From the IMG/VR virus record IMGVR_UViG_3300030098_002487, positions 1 to 34,788 of that record: a stretch of DNA of 34,788 nucleotides. One strand, 5' to 3'. The notes under the pieces were generated by a model. The model made no database searches. It saw nothing but the letters and a program-made list of their open reading frames with translations, and was not told the DNA's origin. Shown here one piece after another: positions 1 through 10,259 of this stretch (within the stretch, counting starts at the first letter, position 1; each line of letters opens with the position of its first letter). Both the position numbers and the translations under genes were made by a program. Source of the stretch: a virus. Lineage: Duplodnaviria > Caudoviricetes.

Positions 1-71
1 ATAACAAATCATACACCGATAAGGTAATGAATAAGTCTATCGATGATATGATAAAAGATAATAAACGATGA
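1..71 (+). CDS. 3' end of an upstream hypothetical protein (partial)
   Basis: Frame 3 is open from the window start (NKSYTDKVMNKSIDDMIKDNKR*). Its TGA at 69-71 overlaps the next ATG (ATGA), which is typical translational coupling. Confidence 0.6.
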   Translation, partial: NKSYTDKVMNKSIDDMIKDNKR

Positions 72-496
72 TAGGAAAATTTATAGGTGGCTTATTCGGC
101 AAAGTAGTAGACAATGCAGAAGGAATACTTGATAAAGTTATTACAACAGACAAAGAAAGAGATGAAGCGAAACTCGCTCTTAGACGGTTATTACTCGATG
201 CCGAAACAGAAGCTTTTAAACAAGAAGTCGAGGATAGAAAAAGCGCTCGTGATATGTACAAAGACGATGCACTTATTCAGAAGATCCTTGCGACATTATT
301 TACAGCAGCATACTTTGGATTAAGTTTCATGATGTTCAAATTTTTCGTAATGAGAGATTTAGAACTAGGTGAATTTGAAATAAGTTTTATTTCTACTATA
401 TTCGGAGCTATGAGTGCTAAGGTTAACACGGTAGTCGATTTCTTTTTCGGCGGATCGTCTAAAAAAAACGAACAACAACAAAATAACAATAAATAA
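68..496 (+). CDS. Putative holin (GTA 3TM-holin-like membrane protein)
   Basis: Amphipathic N-terminus (GGLFGKVVDNAEGILDKVITTDKER), a charged helix with DRKSAR, two hydrophobic segments and a FFFGGSS end. This layout is seen in 3TM holin-like proteins. Confidence 0.55.
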   Translation: MIGKFIGGLFGKVVDNAEGILDKVITTDKERDEAKLALRRLLLDAETEAFKQEVEDRKSARDMYKDDALIQKILATLFTAAYFGLSFMMFKFFVMRDLELGEFEISFISTIFGAMSAKVNTVVDFFFGGSSKKNEQQQNNNK

Positions 497-498
497 TT

Positions 499-1146
499 AT
501 GGGAATAAATTCAACAGGAGTTGCTTATGACTTCGGACAGCTAGGTAGCGCTTATACAGATTTAGCCGACAAACCAATCATACCACCACAAGGTATGGTT
601 ATAGTAGCTATAACATTTATAGATCAAAGTACACCATCAGTATTAACTCCAGAAAAACTAGATGAAAGAGGTCCTGGTTTTGTTGGTATTACTGGAACTA
701 CAACTGACGCTGTTGGTACCGCTGATGATTATATAAACTTTCACGGTTTTACAAGTGCAGCTTGTACTGGTTCTAATTCAGGCAACAATGTTACCATAAG
801 TGCCCTTAACACAAAAATTCAAGTAGGACAATATGTCTTAATAGTAAATGATTCAGATCATGAAGGTGCTGGTTTAACTATTGATACAGATACGCCAACA
901 CCAATATATTCTGGACCAAATCAACAAGGTGTATACGTAACAGCGTACGATGGGGCAACAACAGTAACTTTATCCACTGCTACTACTCCATCTGCTTCTC
1001 AATCATTAATATTTTTAGGACCTCAACAAGGCGCTGGTGGTATAACAGCCGCTGGTCAAGAGTATCCAGCTGGTTTAACAATATACGGAAGATGGGTAGA
1101 GTTTCAAAATAGTGCTCATGGAGCAATTTGTTATTTCGGTAAATAA
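499..1146 (+). CDS. Hypothetical protein, probably virion structural (beta-rich)
   Basis: 215 aa, G/T/S/A-rich, few charged residues, TAATTATG start context. Confidence 0.5.
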   Translation: MGINSTGVAYDFGQLGSAYTDLADKPIIPPQGMVIVAITFIDQSTPSVLTPEKLDERGPGFVGITGTTTDAVGTADDYINFHGFTSAACTGSNSGNNVTISALNTKIQVGQYVLIVNDSDHEGAGLTIDTDTPTPIYSGPNQQGVYVTAYDGATTVTLSTATTPSASQSLIFLGPQQGAGGITAAGQEYPAGLTIYGRWVEFQNSAHGAICYFGK

Positions 1147-1499
1147 TGGGATTAGGTAACAATATGAGTATGGGTCAAGCTAGAGGCAAAGCTAAACCCG
1201 TGTTAGTAAAAAGAAGAAAAGAAGTTGTAGTTGCAAAGAACTATACAGAGTTGCTTAGTACCGCAAGACAGGCCGGCCCCGCGTGTGCCTTACCGAATGG
1301 GAGTAATAAATATTACCATGATGGTAGCAGTACTTTTCCAGCTGTAAACGACAGGATGTATTCAAGACGAAGAGCTAACGCGGCATTTTATTTACCAGCT
1401 GGTCATTATAAAGTGTATCATGCTAGCAATAGTAAGGCTTCTAGAAATGTAGAAATGCAAGCCGGAGGATTAGTTAAAGGAGTTACAATTTGTCCTTAA
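1146..1499 (+). CDS. Hypothetical protein
   Basis: Coupled to the previous gene by TAATG. Basic N-terminus, then a small Cys-bracketed domain (C..YYHDGSSTFPAVND..LPAGHY..TICP). Confidence 0.55.
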   Translation: MGLGNNMSMGQARGKAKPVLVKRRKEVVVAKNYTELLSTARQAGPACALPNGSNKYYHDGSSTFPAVNDRMYSRRRANAAFYLPAGHYKVYHASNSKASRNVEMQAGGLVKGVTICP

Positions 1500-1526
1500 T
1501 AATTAATAAATTAAATTAAATTAAAT

Positions 1527-1808
1527 ATGAAAAAAGAAAAAATGGTTGACCTTAAACCTAAGGTTGACAAAATATCAAAAGAACATTTAACAGAATTACA
1601 AAAAGTAATAAACTTAATAAATAATGTTCAATTTAATATTGGTAAAATAGAAAGTCAAAAACACAACTTGTTGCACGAGTTAAGTGGAGTTCAAAAACAA
1701 ATTATAGACATGCAAGACATGTTTACTAAAGAATATGGTACTCATGATATAAATGTAAGTGACGGAACTATTAATTGGCCAAAAGAAGAAAATAAAGATG
1801 AAAAATAA
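1527..1808 (+). CDS. Hypothetical coiled-coil protein
   Basis: 93 aa with heptad-like L/I/Q/K pattern, preceded by an AAATT-repeat AT-rich leader. Confidence 0.6.
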   Translation: MKKEKMVDLKPKVDKISKEHLTELQKVINLINNVQFNIGKIESQKHNLLHELSGVQKQIIDMQDMFTKEYGTHDINVSDGTINWPKEENKDEK

Positions 1809-2022
1809 TATCATCAGAAAAATTACTATAGGTAAAGATTACAAAAATGATGCCATGCATTATGCTGTAGACCAGGATGTTTATGGAGGCCATAAAATAT
1901 GCGATATAGTAGAAGAAGAAGATAAGTATTGTATTTATATTAGAAAAGACAATGTAGTTATACCTTGGAAGGATTTTAATAAAAATATGGCTATATCAAT
2001 TGAGTATAACTTAGAATATTAA
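1798..2022 (+). CDS. Hypothetical protein (start revised from 1759 to ATG 1798)
   Basis: The track start at 1759 is GTG deep inside the previous gene. ATG 1798 gives MKNNIIRKITIGKDYK with a short overlap, and its stop is coupled to the next ATG (TAATG). Confidence 0.6.
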   Translation: MKNNIIRKITIGKDYKNDAMHYAVDQDVYGGHKICDIVEEEDKYCIYIRKDNVVIPWKDFNKNMAISIEYNLEY

Positions 2023-2609
2023 TGAATGCTTACAAAGATTATATTATTAAGCCTATTGGTGATAGGTATAATAACAGTATACGAGTCGACGACAAAGAAC
2101 TAATACTTAATACTGAAATATTTAATCATCAATATATAAATAGACACGCAAAAATAATCGCTACTCCACTATTATTTCAATCACCTTTAAATATAGGTGA
2201 TGAAGTAATAGTGCATCACAATATATTTAGAAGATGGCATGATGTTAAAGGTATAGAAAGAAATAGTCGATCTTATTGGAAAGAAAATAAATATATAATA
2301 TCTGAAGATCAAATATATTTATACAAACAAAATGACTGGATTGCTATGCCGGGTTATAGTTTTATTAAGCCGTTAAAAGCTACAAATAAATACAATACTG
2401 AAGACGAGAGACCATTAATTGGTGTAGTTAAATACTCTGATGGAACTTTTAATAAAGAAGAACTAGTTGGATTTCAACCTAGTAGTGAATACGAGTTTGT
2501 TGTTAATGGAGAAAGATTATATAGAGTTTTGAATAAATTTATTACAATTAAATATGAATATCAAGGAAACGAAGAAGAATATAATCCAAGCTGGACACAA
2601 AGCAGTTGA
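2022..2609 (+). CDS. GroES/Cpn10-like co-chaperonin, apparently two tandem GroES-like domains
   Basis: IKPIGDR..ELIL..AKIIATP..LNIGDEVIV and FIKPL..IGVVKY..EYEFVVNGERLYRV both echo the GroES pattern (IKPLGDRV..GEVVAVG..VKVGDKV..EVKIDGEEYLI). Confidence 0.55.
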   Translation: MNAYKDYIIKPIGDRYNNSIRVDDKELILNTEIFNHQYINRHAKIIATPLLFQSPLNIGDEVIVHHNIFRRWHDVKGIERNSRSYWKENKYIISEDQIYLYKQNDWIAMPGYSFIKPLKATNKYNTEDERPLIGVVKYSDGTFNKEELVGFQPSSEYEFVVNGERLYRVLNKFITIKYEYQGNEEEYNPSWTQSS

Positions 2610-2832
2610 AGAATTAATTAAAGTCGCTAGAGAAGAAATAGTTGATTCAGACGAAGATATATCAGCTGATAGATTAAAGAATGCGGCGGCTACAAAAAAA
2701 TTAGCTATATTCGATGCGTTTGAAATATTAAACAGAATTCACGAAGAAGAAAATATGCTTGAAGGTAAGCCTATTGAAGAAGAGAAGAAAAAGGTGGAAT
2801 TTAAAGGATTCGCAGAAGGAAGATCTAAATAA
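2554..2832 (+). CDS. Putative terminase small subunit
   Basis: 92-aa helical protein directly upstream of, and coupled (TAATG) to, the large terminase. The call is positional only. Confidence 0.4.
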   Translation: MNIKETKKNIIQAGHKAVEELIKVAREEIVDSDEDISADRLKNAAATKKLAIFDAFEILNRIHEEENMLEGKPIEEEKKKVEFKGFAEGRSK

Positions 2833-5066
2833 TGTATAAACAAACATTATATAAGGTTGTAAAGCCTATAAAATTAAACGCTGTAAAAAGATTAAACAAA
2901 TCTAAAAAGTGGAAGTATGGCTATAATAAAGAAAGTGATTTAGTATCTATATCTAAAACAGGTATGATAGGTGAAATACTTGAAATACAAGGCTTTCAAA
3001 TAGCTTTACCAAAACAACCTAAAGAAATATACTCTTGTAGTGAAATTAAATCAGAGCAAAAATGGAAACAATTTCCAACTAATCCTGATTTTAAAAGAAT
3101 TAAAACTGTATTTGATTGGCAAGAGTATCCAGATGATTTTAAAGAAAAACATTATAGTTATATAGACGAAGAGTTCAAAAGAAGAGAAGAAGGATTTTGG
3201 TTTATGAATAACGGTAAGCCAACATACATAACAGGTACACATTATATGTATTTACAATGGAGTAAGATTGACGTTGGAGCGCCAGATTATAGAGAGGCCA
3301 ATAGGTTATTTTTTATATTTTGGGAGGCTTGTAAAGCAGATCACAGAAGTTACGGAATGTGTTATTTAAAAAATAGACGTTCTGGTTTTTCATTTATGAG
3401 TTCAGCTGAAACTGTTAATTTAGCTACATTAGCTAGTGATAGTAGATTTGGTATATTATCTAAAACTGGTGCGGATGCAAAAAAGATGTTTACAGACAAG
3501 GTGGTACCAATAAGTATTAATTACCCATTCTTCTTCAAGCCAATACAGGACGGTATGGACCGGCCAAAGTCCGAACTCGCTTATAGAGTCCCTGCAAAGA
3601 AATTCACTCGTAAGAAAATGAGGGAACGAGAAGAGCAAGACGATATGGAGGGATTAGATACAACTATTGATTGGAAAAATACTGGTGACAATAGTTATGA
3701 TGGTGAAAAACTCTCTTTATTAGTTCACGATGAAAGTGGTAAATGGGAAAGACCTGATAACATAAAGAATAATTGGAGAGTTACAAAAACCTGTCTAAGA
3801 TTAGGTAGTAGAGTAGTTGGTAAATGTATGATGGGAAGTACGTCAAATGCGTTAGACAAAGGAGGTGATAATTTTAAAAATCTATATTACAACTCTGACG
3901 TAACAAAAAGAAATAGAAATGGGCAGACAAAATCAGGACTTTATTCTTTGTTTATACCCATGGAGTGGAATTATGAAGGTTTTATTGACGAATACGGCCA
4001 ACCTATATTTAATACTCCTGACAAATCAGCTTTTGATCCCCATGGTGTAGAAATAGATTATGGGGTTATAGACCACTGGGATAATGAAGCTGAAGGATTA
4101 AAAGACGATCAAGACGCATTAAATGAATTTTATCGTCAATTTCCTAGAACTGAAGAACATGCGTTTAGAGATGAGACTGGCAATAGCTTGTTTAACTTAG
4201 TTAAAATATACGAGCAAATAGATTATAATGAAGGAAATAGAAATTCATCGGTATTGACATCTGGAAATTTTCAATGGATAAATGGAGTAAAAGACACCCA
4301 AGTAGTGTTTAACCCAAATCCAAATGGTAGGTTTAAAGTAAGTTGGGTGCCTAATGTAAAATTACAAAATAACGTGATTTTAAAAAATGGCGTAAAATAT
4401 CCAGGTAATGAGCACATGGGGGCGTTTGGATGTGATTCATATGATATATCAGGAACAGTAGATGGAGCTGGTTCAAAAGGAGCTTTGCACGGATTAACCA
4501 AGTTTTCAATGGAAGACGCGCCAGCTAATACATTCTTTTTAGAATATATAGCTAGACCACAAACTGCTGAAATATTTTTTGAAGACATATTAATGGCATT
4601 AGTATTTTATGGAATGCCAATATTAGCAGAAAATAATAAACCAAGATTATTATACTATTTAAGAAGAAGAGGATACAGAGGATTTAGTATGAACAGACCA
4701 GATAAAGTCTGGAATAAACTATCAGTAGCAGAAAAAGAAGTTGGTGGTATACCAAACTCAAGTGAAGATATAAAACAAGCTCACGCTGCCGCTATTGAAA
4801 TGTATATTAATGATCACGTAGGATTATTGCCAGATGGTACTTATGGTACTTTATATTTTAATGAAACTTTAAATGATTGGTCAAGGTTTGATATAAACAA
4901 AAGAACAAAACATGATGCTTCAATAAGTTCTGGTTTAGCAATAATGGCTTGTAATAGACACTTATATAGACCACATCCAAATAGAGAAAAGCAATCATTA
5001 AATATAAATATATCAAAGTATAATAATAAAGGATTTTCGTCACAGATAATTAAAAATAAAATATGA
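2832..5066 (+). CDS. terL: Terminase large subunit
   Basis: Walker A-like KNRRSGFS, Walker B LLVHDESGK, coupling motif GSTSN, and RNase H-type nuclease residues (FGCDSYD, LAENNK, KHDASISSGLA). Confidence 0.92.
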   Translation: MYKQTLYKVVKPIKLNAVKRLNKSKKWKYGYNKESDLVSISKTGMIGEILEIQGFQIALPKQPKEIYSCSEIKSEQKWKQFPTNPDFKRIKTVFDWQEYPDDFKEKHYSYIDEEFKRREEGFWFMNNGKPTYITGTHYMYLQWSKIDVGAPDYREANRLFFIFWEACKADHRSYGMCYLKNRRSGFSFMSSAETVNLATLASDSRFGILSKTGADAKKMFTDKVVPISINYPFFFKPIQDGMDRPKSELAYRVPAKKFTRKKMREREEQDDMEGLDTTIDWKNTGDNSYDGEKLSLLVHDESGKWERPDNIKNNWRVTKTCLRLGSRVVGKCMMGSTSNALDKGGDNFKNLYYNSDVTKRNRNGQTKSGLYSLFIPMEWNYEGFIDEYGQPIFNTPDKSAFDPHGVEIDYGVIDHWDNEAEGLKDDQDALNEFYRQFPRTEEHAFRDETGNSLFNLVKIYEQIDYNEGNRNSSVLTSGNFQWINGVKDTQVVFNPNPNGRFKVSWVPNVKLQNNVILKNGVKYPGNEHMGAFGCDSYDISGTVDGAGSKGALHGLTKFSMEDAPANTFFLEYIARPQTAEIFFEDILMALVFYGMPILAENNKPRLLYYLRRRGYRGFSMNRPDKVWNKLSVAEKEVGGIPNSSEDIKQAHAAAIEMYINDHVGLLPDGTYGTLYFNETLNDWSRFDINKRTKHDASISSGLAIMACNRHLYRPHPNREKQSLNINISKYNNKGFSSQIIKNKI

Positions 5067-7471
5067 ACTTAGTACAACATTCTATAAATTTTCCATCACA
5101 AGCAGTTAGCGACTTAGAAAAGCTTAGTGAAGAGTATGGTTTAAAAGTAGCAAGAGCAATAAGGCATGAGTGGTTTTCTGGCACAACATCCAAGTATAAT
5201 AGCCATAAAAATAATTTTCACACTTTAAGATTATACGCTAGAGGAGAGCAACCTGTTCAAAAATATAAAAATGAATTATCAATAAACGGTGATTTATCTT
5301 ATCTTAATTTAGATTGGAAACCAGTTCCAATTATTCCCAAATTTGTAGATATTGTAGTTAACGGAATGGCAGATAGAAATTATGAAATAAACTGTTATTC
5401 GCAAGATGAACATGGCGTAAATAAAAGAACCGCTTATATGGAATCTATACTTAGAGACATGCATTCAAAGGATTTTAACGACGCTGCTAATAGATTGTTC
5501 AACTTAGATCTTTACGAAAACAATCCTGAAATGCTACCTTCTACAGAAGAAGAGTTAAAACTTCATATGCAACTCACTTACAAGCAAGCTATTGAGTTGT
5601 CTGAAGAACAAGCTTTAAACGTATTATTAGACGGTAGTAACTATGATTTAATAAGAAAAAGAGTATTATATGATTTAACAGTATTGGGTATAGGCGCTAC
5701 AAAAACAACATTTAACTGGAGCGATGGTGCTAAAGCTAAATATGTAGATCCAGCTGATTTAGTTTACTCTCACACAGAGTCGCCATATTTTGACGATGTT
5801 TATTACATTGGGGAAATAAAAGAAATTCCAATAAACGAATTAGTTAAAGATTTTCCAGAACTATCCGAAGAAGAAGTTAAAGAATTAACAGATAAATATG
5901 CTTACCCATTAGATTACATAACACATAAAGATAAAAACAAGGTGCAAGTTTTATATTTTAATTATAAAACACACATGAATGACGTTTATAAGCTTAAAAA
6001 GTTAGGTAGCGGCGCTGAAAAAATTATAGAAAAAGATGATACATTTAATCCGCCGGTTCAGAACATGGATGGTGACTTTAGCAAGTTAGAAAGAGTTATT
6101 GAAACTTTATATGAAGGCGTTTATATAATAGGCGCTGATAAACTACTAAAATGGAAAATGGCCGATAATATGATGAGGTCAGATTCTGATTTTGGTAGTG
6201 TAAAAATGAATTATCAAATAGTTGCCCCTAGAATGTATGAAGGTAGAATAGAGTCTATAGTTAGTAGAATAACTGGTTTTGCTGATACAATACAATTAAC
6301 ACATTTAAAATTACAACAGGTAATGTCTAGAATGGTCCCTGATGGTGTTTATTTAGATGCTGATGGGTTAGCTGAAATAGATTTGGGTAATGGTACAAAC
6401 TATAATCCACAAGAAGCTTTAAATATGTTTTTTCAAACAGGTTCTGTTATTGGTAGAAGTTTTACTTCTGAAGGCGACATGAATCCTGGAAAAGTACCAA
6501 TACAACAAATAAATAATGGCGTTAGTGGAGGTAAGTTACAAGCTTTAATTCAAACATATAATTATTATTTACAAATGATAAGAGATGTGACCGGGTTAAA
6601 TGAGGCTAGAGATGCTAGTACACCAAGTAGAGACGCTTTAGTTGGTGTGCAAAAATTAGCCGCAGCTAATTCAAATACAGCAACAAGGCATATTTTACAA
6701 GGAATGTTATTTTTAACAGCTGAGGTAGCTGAATGCTTATCGTTAAGAATATCTGATATAATAGAGTATTCTCCAACTAGAGATGCGTTTATAAGATCTC
6801 TTGGCGCTCATAATGTAGCAACGTTAGAAGAGATGTCTAATTTACACCTTCATGATTTTGGTATATTTATAGAACTAATGCCAGATGAGGAAGAAAAACA
6901 AATTCTTGAAAATAATATACAAGCAGCACTACAACAACAATCAATTGATTTAGATGATGCTATTGATTTGCGTAATGTTAGAAACGTAAGACTTGCTAAT
7001 GAATTATTAAAAGTAAAAAGAAAAACTAAATTAGAAAGAGATCAACAAATGCAGCAAGAAAATATTCAAGCTCAAGCGCAAGCTAACTCACAGCAGCAAC
7101 AAGCGGCTGCGCAAGCTGAAATGCAAAAACAGCAAGCTAAAACTCAAGCTGAAGCACAATTAGAACAAACAAAAAACCAATTAAAAATTCAATATCTACA
7201 GCAAGAGGTTCAACTTAAAAAAGAGTTAATGCAGTTTGAGTTTGAACTAAATTCTAAATTAGAAACAACAAAGCAAAGAGGTAAAGATGAAATGGATGGA
7301 ATGAAAGAGGACAGAAAAGATATGAGAGTTGATAGGCAAGCTGGTCATCAAATGAATTTAGCTGCTATGAAAGAACAACAAAAAACTGAAGGTGAACCAC
7401 TTAAAAAGTTTGAATCTTCAGGTAATGATATACTTACGGGAGACGCTAGTATGGAAAGATACGGTCTCTAA
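5063..7471 (+). CDS. Portal protein
   Basis: 802 aa, ATGA-coupled to terL. Helical body with IIPKFVDIVVNGM and IRDVTGLNEARD, and a Q/A-rich C-terminal coiled coil like the podoviral (P22-type) portal barrel. Confidence 0.85.
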   Translation: MNLVQHSINFPSQAVSDLEKLSEEYGLKVARAIRHEWFSGTTSKYNSHKNNFHTLRLYARGEQPVQKYKNELSINGDLSYLNLDWKPVPIIPKFVDIVVNGMADRNYEINCYSQDEHGVNKRTAYMESILRDMHSKDFNDAANRLFNLDLYENNPEMLPSTEEELKLHMQLTYKQAIELSEEQALNVLLDGSNYDLIRKRVLYDLTVLGIGATKTTFNWSDGAKAKYVDPADLVYSHTESPYFDDVYYIGEIKEIPINELVKDFPELSEEEVKELTDKYAYPLDYITHKDKNKVQVLYFNYKTHMNDVYKLKKLGSGAEKIIEKDDTFNPPVQNMDGDFSKLERVIETLYEGVYIIGADKLLKWKMADNMMRSDSDFGSVKMNYQIVAPRMYEGRIESIVSRITGFADTIQLTHLKLQQVMSRMVPDGVYLDADGLAEIDLGNGTNYNPQEALNMFFQTGSVIGRSFTSEGDMNPGKVPIQQINNGVSGGKLQALIQTYNYYLQMIRDVTGLNEARDASTPSRDALVGVQKLAAANSNTATRHILQGMLFLTAEVAECLSLRISDIIEYSPTRDAFIRSLGAHNVATLEEMSNLHLHDFGIFIELMPDEEEKQILENNIQAALQQQSIDLDDAIDLRNVRNVRLANELLKVKRKTKLERDQQMQQENIQAQAQANSQQQQAAAQAEMQKQQAKTQAEAQLEQTKNQLKIQYLQQEVQLKKELMQFEFELNSKLETTKQRGKDEMDGMKEDRKDMRVDRQAGHQMNLAAMKEQQKTEGEPLKKFESSGNDILTGDASMERYGL

Positions 7472-7497
7472 TTTTTAATATTTTATAAAATTTTATT

Positions 7498-8673
7498 ATG
7501 GAAGAACTAAACAAAGAAGTTGTTGAAGAAACAACTGACCAAACTAATGAACAGCCTGTAGAAGAGGTTGTAGAAGAAATAGACGAATCTAAATTTGATA
7601 GCGCAGGGAATGATGGTGTTACAAAAATAAATTTAGATAAAAAACCTCAAATTCAAGAAAAAGAAGAGGTAACAAAAGTAAATATAGTTGAAGAATCTAA
7701 AGCTGAAGAAAAAATAGAAGAGATTCAAAGTGATGTTCCAGTAATTGAAGAAATTACAATGGAAGATCTTAAAGATAAACCAGTTGAAGAGATCAAAGAA
7801 GAAATAGTAGAAACTATAAATGAAGCAGAAACAACTGGACGGCCGCTTCCAGAAAACATACAGAAGTTGATGGATTTTATGGAAGACACTGGCGGTGACA
7901 TAAACGACTATGCAAATTTAAACAGAGATGTTTCTAAATTAGATGACTCTGATGTATTGGACGAATATTATAGAACTACAAAATCTCATTTAACTGCAGA
8001 AGAAAGAGGGTTTTTATTAGAAGACTCATTTGGAATCGATGAAGAGGTAGATGATGAAAAGACAATACGTAAAAAGAAAATAGCCCTTAAAGAGCAAGTT
8101 GCCGAGGCTAGATCCCACTTAGACGGGTTAAAGTCTAAATACTATGAAGATATCAAAGCTGGGTCAAAGTTGACCAAGGAACAACAAGAAGCTATTGATT
8201 TCTTTAATAGATACAAAAAAGAGAATCAAGAGCAGAAAAAAATATCTGAAGCAAACTCTAAAACATTTTTAAAGAAAACAGATACTTTATTTAATGACAA
8301 GTTCAAAGGTTTTGAATATAACGTCGGAGATAAAAGATATAGGTTTAATATTAAAGATGTTGATAAAGTAAAGACAACACAAAGCGATATTAATAATTTT
8401 ATTAGTAAATTTACTAATAAAGAAAACTCAACTATTGAAGATGCTGCGGGTTATCACAAGTCTTTATTCACTGCTATGAATGCTGATAAAATTGCACAAC
8501 ACTTTTATGAGCAAGGAAAAGCAGATGCAACAAAAGCTAGAATTGCTAAAGATAAAAATATAAATTTAGAACCTAGAAAAACACACGGCGAAACAAACGT
8601 TGGTGGCGTTAAAGTAAAGGTTTTAGGTGATACTGCTAAAGATTTCAAATTTAAAATTAATAGAAAAAAATAA
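7498..8673 (+). CDS. Putative capsid scaffolding protein
   Basis: Very acidic N-terminal third, helical middle, basic C-terminal tip; located between portal and capsid genes. Confidence 0.65.
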   Translation: MEELNKEVVEETTDQTNEQPVEEVVEEIDESKFDSAGNDGVTKINLDKKPQIQEKEEVTKVNIVEESKAEEKIEEIQSDVPVIEEITMEDLKDKPVEEIKEEIVETINEAETTGRPLPENIQKLMDFMEDTGGDINDYANLNRDVSKLDDSDVLDEYYRTTKSHLTAEERGFLLEDSFGIDEEVDDEKTIRKKKIALKEQVAEARSHLDGLKSKYYEDIKAGSKLTKEQQEAIDFFNRYKKENQEQKKISEANSKTFLKKTDTLFNDKFKGFEYNVGDKRYRFNIKDVDKVKTTQSDINNFISKFTNKENSTIEDAAGYHKSLFTAMNADKIAQHFYEQGKADATKARIAKDKNINLEPRKTHGETNVGGVKVKVLGDTAKDFKFKINRKK

Positions 8674-8689
8674 CTTAAAAATATAAATT

Positions 8690-10189
8690 ATGGCAATTTC
8701 AAATCCTGGTGGTTTGTTGAATAGCGTACCTGGTCCAATCCAGCAAGCTACAGCATCAAACTACTTAGACTTAGCGAGTCAGGCTAATCAAGGTTGGGCT
8801 CAACAATACGTGCCAGACTTAATGGAAAAAGAAGCTGAAGTTTTCGGACCGAGAACTATTTCAGGTTTTTTATCTCAAGTTGGTGCAGAAGAGGCTATGA
8901 CGGCTGATCAAGTCGTTTGGTCTGAACAAGCAAGATTACACTTATCGTACACTTGCTCTATTACTGATGTTGATGATGGTGGTGGCTCTGCTACTAACGG
9001 TGGTGAAATCACTATTACTGATCACATTGATACTAACGCAACATATACTGCTGGTTCACATGGTATAAGACCTAATGATACTGTTATTGTATCTACTACT
9101 GCAGCTGTACTTAAATGTATAGTTGTTAGAATAGATACTGACGTTATTAGCGTTGAACCTTATGGAGTGGGTGATATTACAACACTTGGTGAGGGTAATA
9201 CTGGAACTTTATTAGTTTATGGTTCTGAATTTGCAAAAGGAACTACTTATAATTCTGCGAGTGGTGCAAACGCAACAGCTACAGATAGAAGAGGTTCTAA
9301 TGAAGCAAGTTTTAAATCTTACAGCAACAAACCAATTATCTTAAAAGATTACTACGAAGTATCTGGATCAGACGCTTCTAGAATTGGTTGGGTTGAAGTT
9401 TCTAGTGAAATGGGAATGAATGGATACCTTTGGTATTTAAAAGCTGAAGCTGATACAAGATCTAGATTTATTGATTACATTGAAATGGCAATGTTAGAAG
9501 GTGAATTAGGTGTATCTGGTACAGATGATGTAGCTGACTTTTTAACAGCTAATGCTGATACTTCAGGTACTCAAGGTTTATTTGCTGCTATTGAATCTAG
9601 AGGTAATGTTACTACTGGCGTGACTGGTGTTAACGCTGCTACTGATTTAGCAGAGTTTGATGCTATTTTAGCTGAATTTGATAAGCAAGGTGCTATTGAA
9701 GAATACATGATGTTTGTTAACAGATCAACTAGTTTAGCTATTGATGATATGTTAGCTTCAATGAACTCTTATGGAGCTGGAGGTACTTCTTATGGAGTAT
9801 TTGATAATGATGAGAATATGGCTTTAAATTTAGGTTTCTCAGGTTTCCGAAGAGGTTCTTATGACTTCTACAAATCTGATTTTAGATACTTAAATGATCT
9901 AGCTACAAGAGGTGGTATAAATGCTACTGCTGGAGCAAACGCTATTAGAGGCGTTATGGTTCCTGCTGGTATGAATTCTGTTTATGACCAACAAGTTGGT
10001 ATGAACATGAAGCGTCCATTCTTACACGTTAGATATAGAGCTTCTCAAACTGATGATCGAAGATTCAAAACTTGGGTTACTGGTTCTGTTGGAGCTGCTA
10101 CATCAGCGCTTGATGCAATGCAAGTTCATATGTTATCAGAAAGATGTTTAATTACACAAGGTGCAAACAACTTTATGTTAATGAAGTAA
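8690..10189 (+). CDS. Major capsid protein
   Basis: 499 aa after the scaffold, with strong bias toward GCT/GGT/ACT/GTT codons (high expression) and followed by a strong terminator hairpin. Confidence 0.8.
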   Translation: MAISNPGGLLNSVPGPIQQATASNYLDLASQANQGWAQQYVPDLMEKEAEVFGPRTISGFLSQVGAEEAMTADQVVWSEQARLHLSYTCSITDVDDGGGSATNGGEITITDHIDTNATYTAGSHGIRPNDTVIVSTTAAVLKCIVVRIDTDVISVEPYGVGDITTLGEGNTGTLLVYGSEFAKGTTYNSASGANATATDRRGSNEASFKSYSNKPIILKDYYEVSGSDASRIGWVEVSSEMGMNGYLWYLKAEADTRSRFIDYIEMAMLEGELGVSGTDDVADFLTANADTSGTQGLFAAIESRGNVTTGVTGVNAATDLAEFDAILAEFDKQGAIEEYMMFVNRSTSLAIDDMLASMNSYGAGGTSYGVFDNDENMALNLGFSGFRRGSYDFYKSDFRYLNDLATRGGINATAGANAIRGVMVPAGMNSVYDQQVGMNMKRPFLHVRYRASQTDDRRFKTWVTGSVGAATSALDAMQVHMLSERCLITQGANNFMLMK

Positions 10190-10201
10190 GACACTTTATT
10201 T

Positions 10202-10235
10202 TATAAGGGCGGTCTAGTATCGCCCTTATATTTTT
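10202..10235 (+). terminator. Rho-independent terminator after the major capsid gene
   Basis: Perfect 10-bp stem TATAAGGGCG (10202-10211) / CGCCCTTATA (10221-10230) followed by TTTTT. Confidence 0.85.
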
Positions 10236-10259
10236 ATTAATTATATTATATATTATATT

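Noticed and set aside
7040-7210. CAAGC-rich quasi-repeats in the portal gene
   Set aside because: Explained by Q/A-rich coiled-coil coding; not a DNA-level repeat array.
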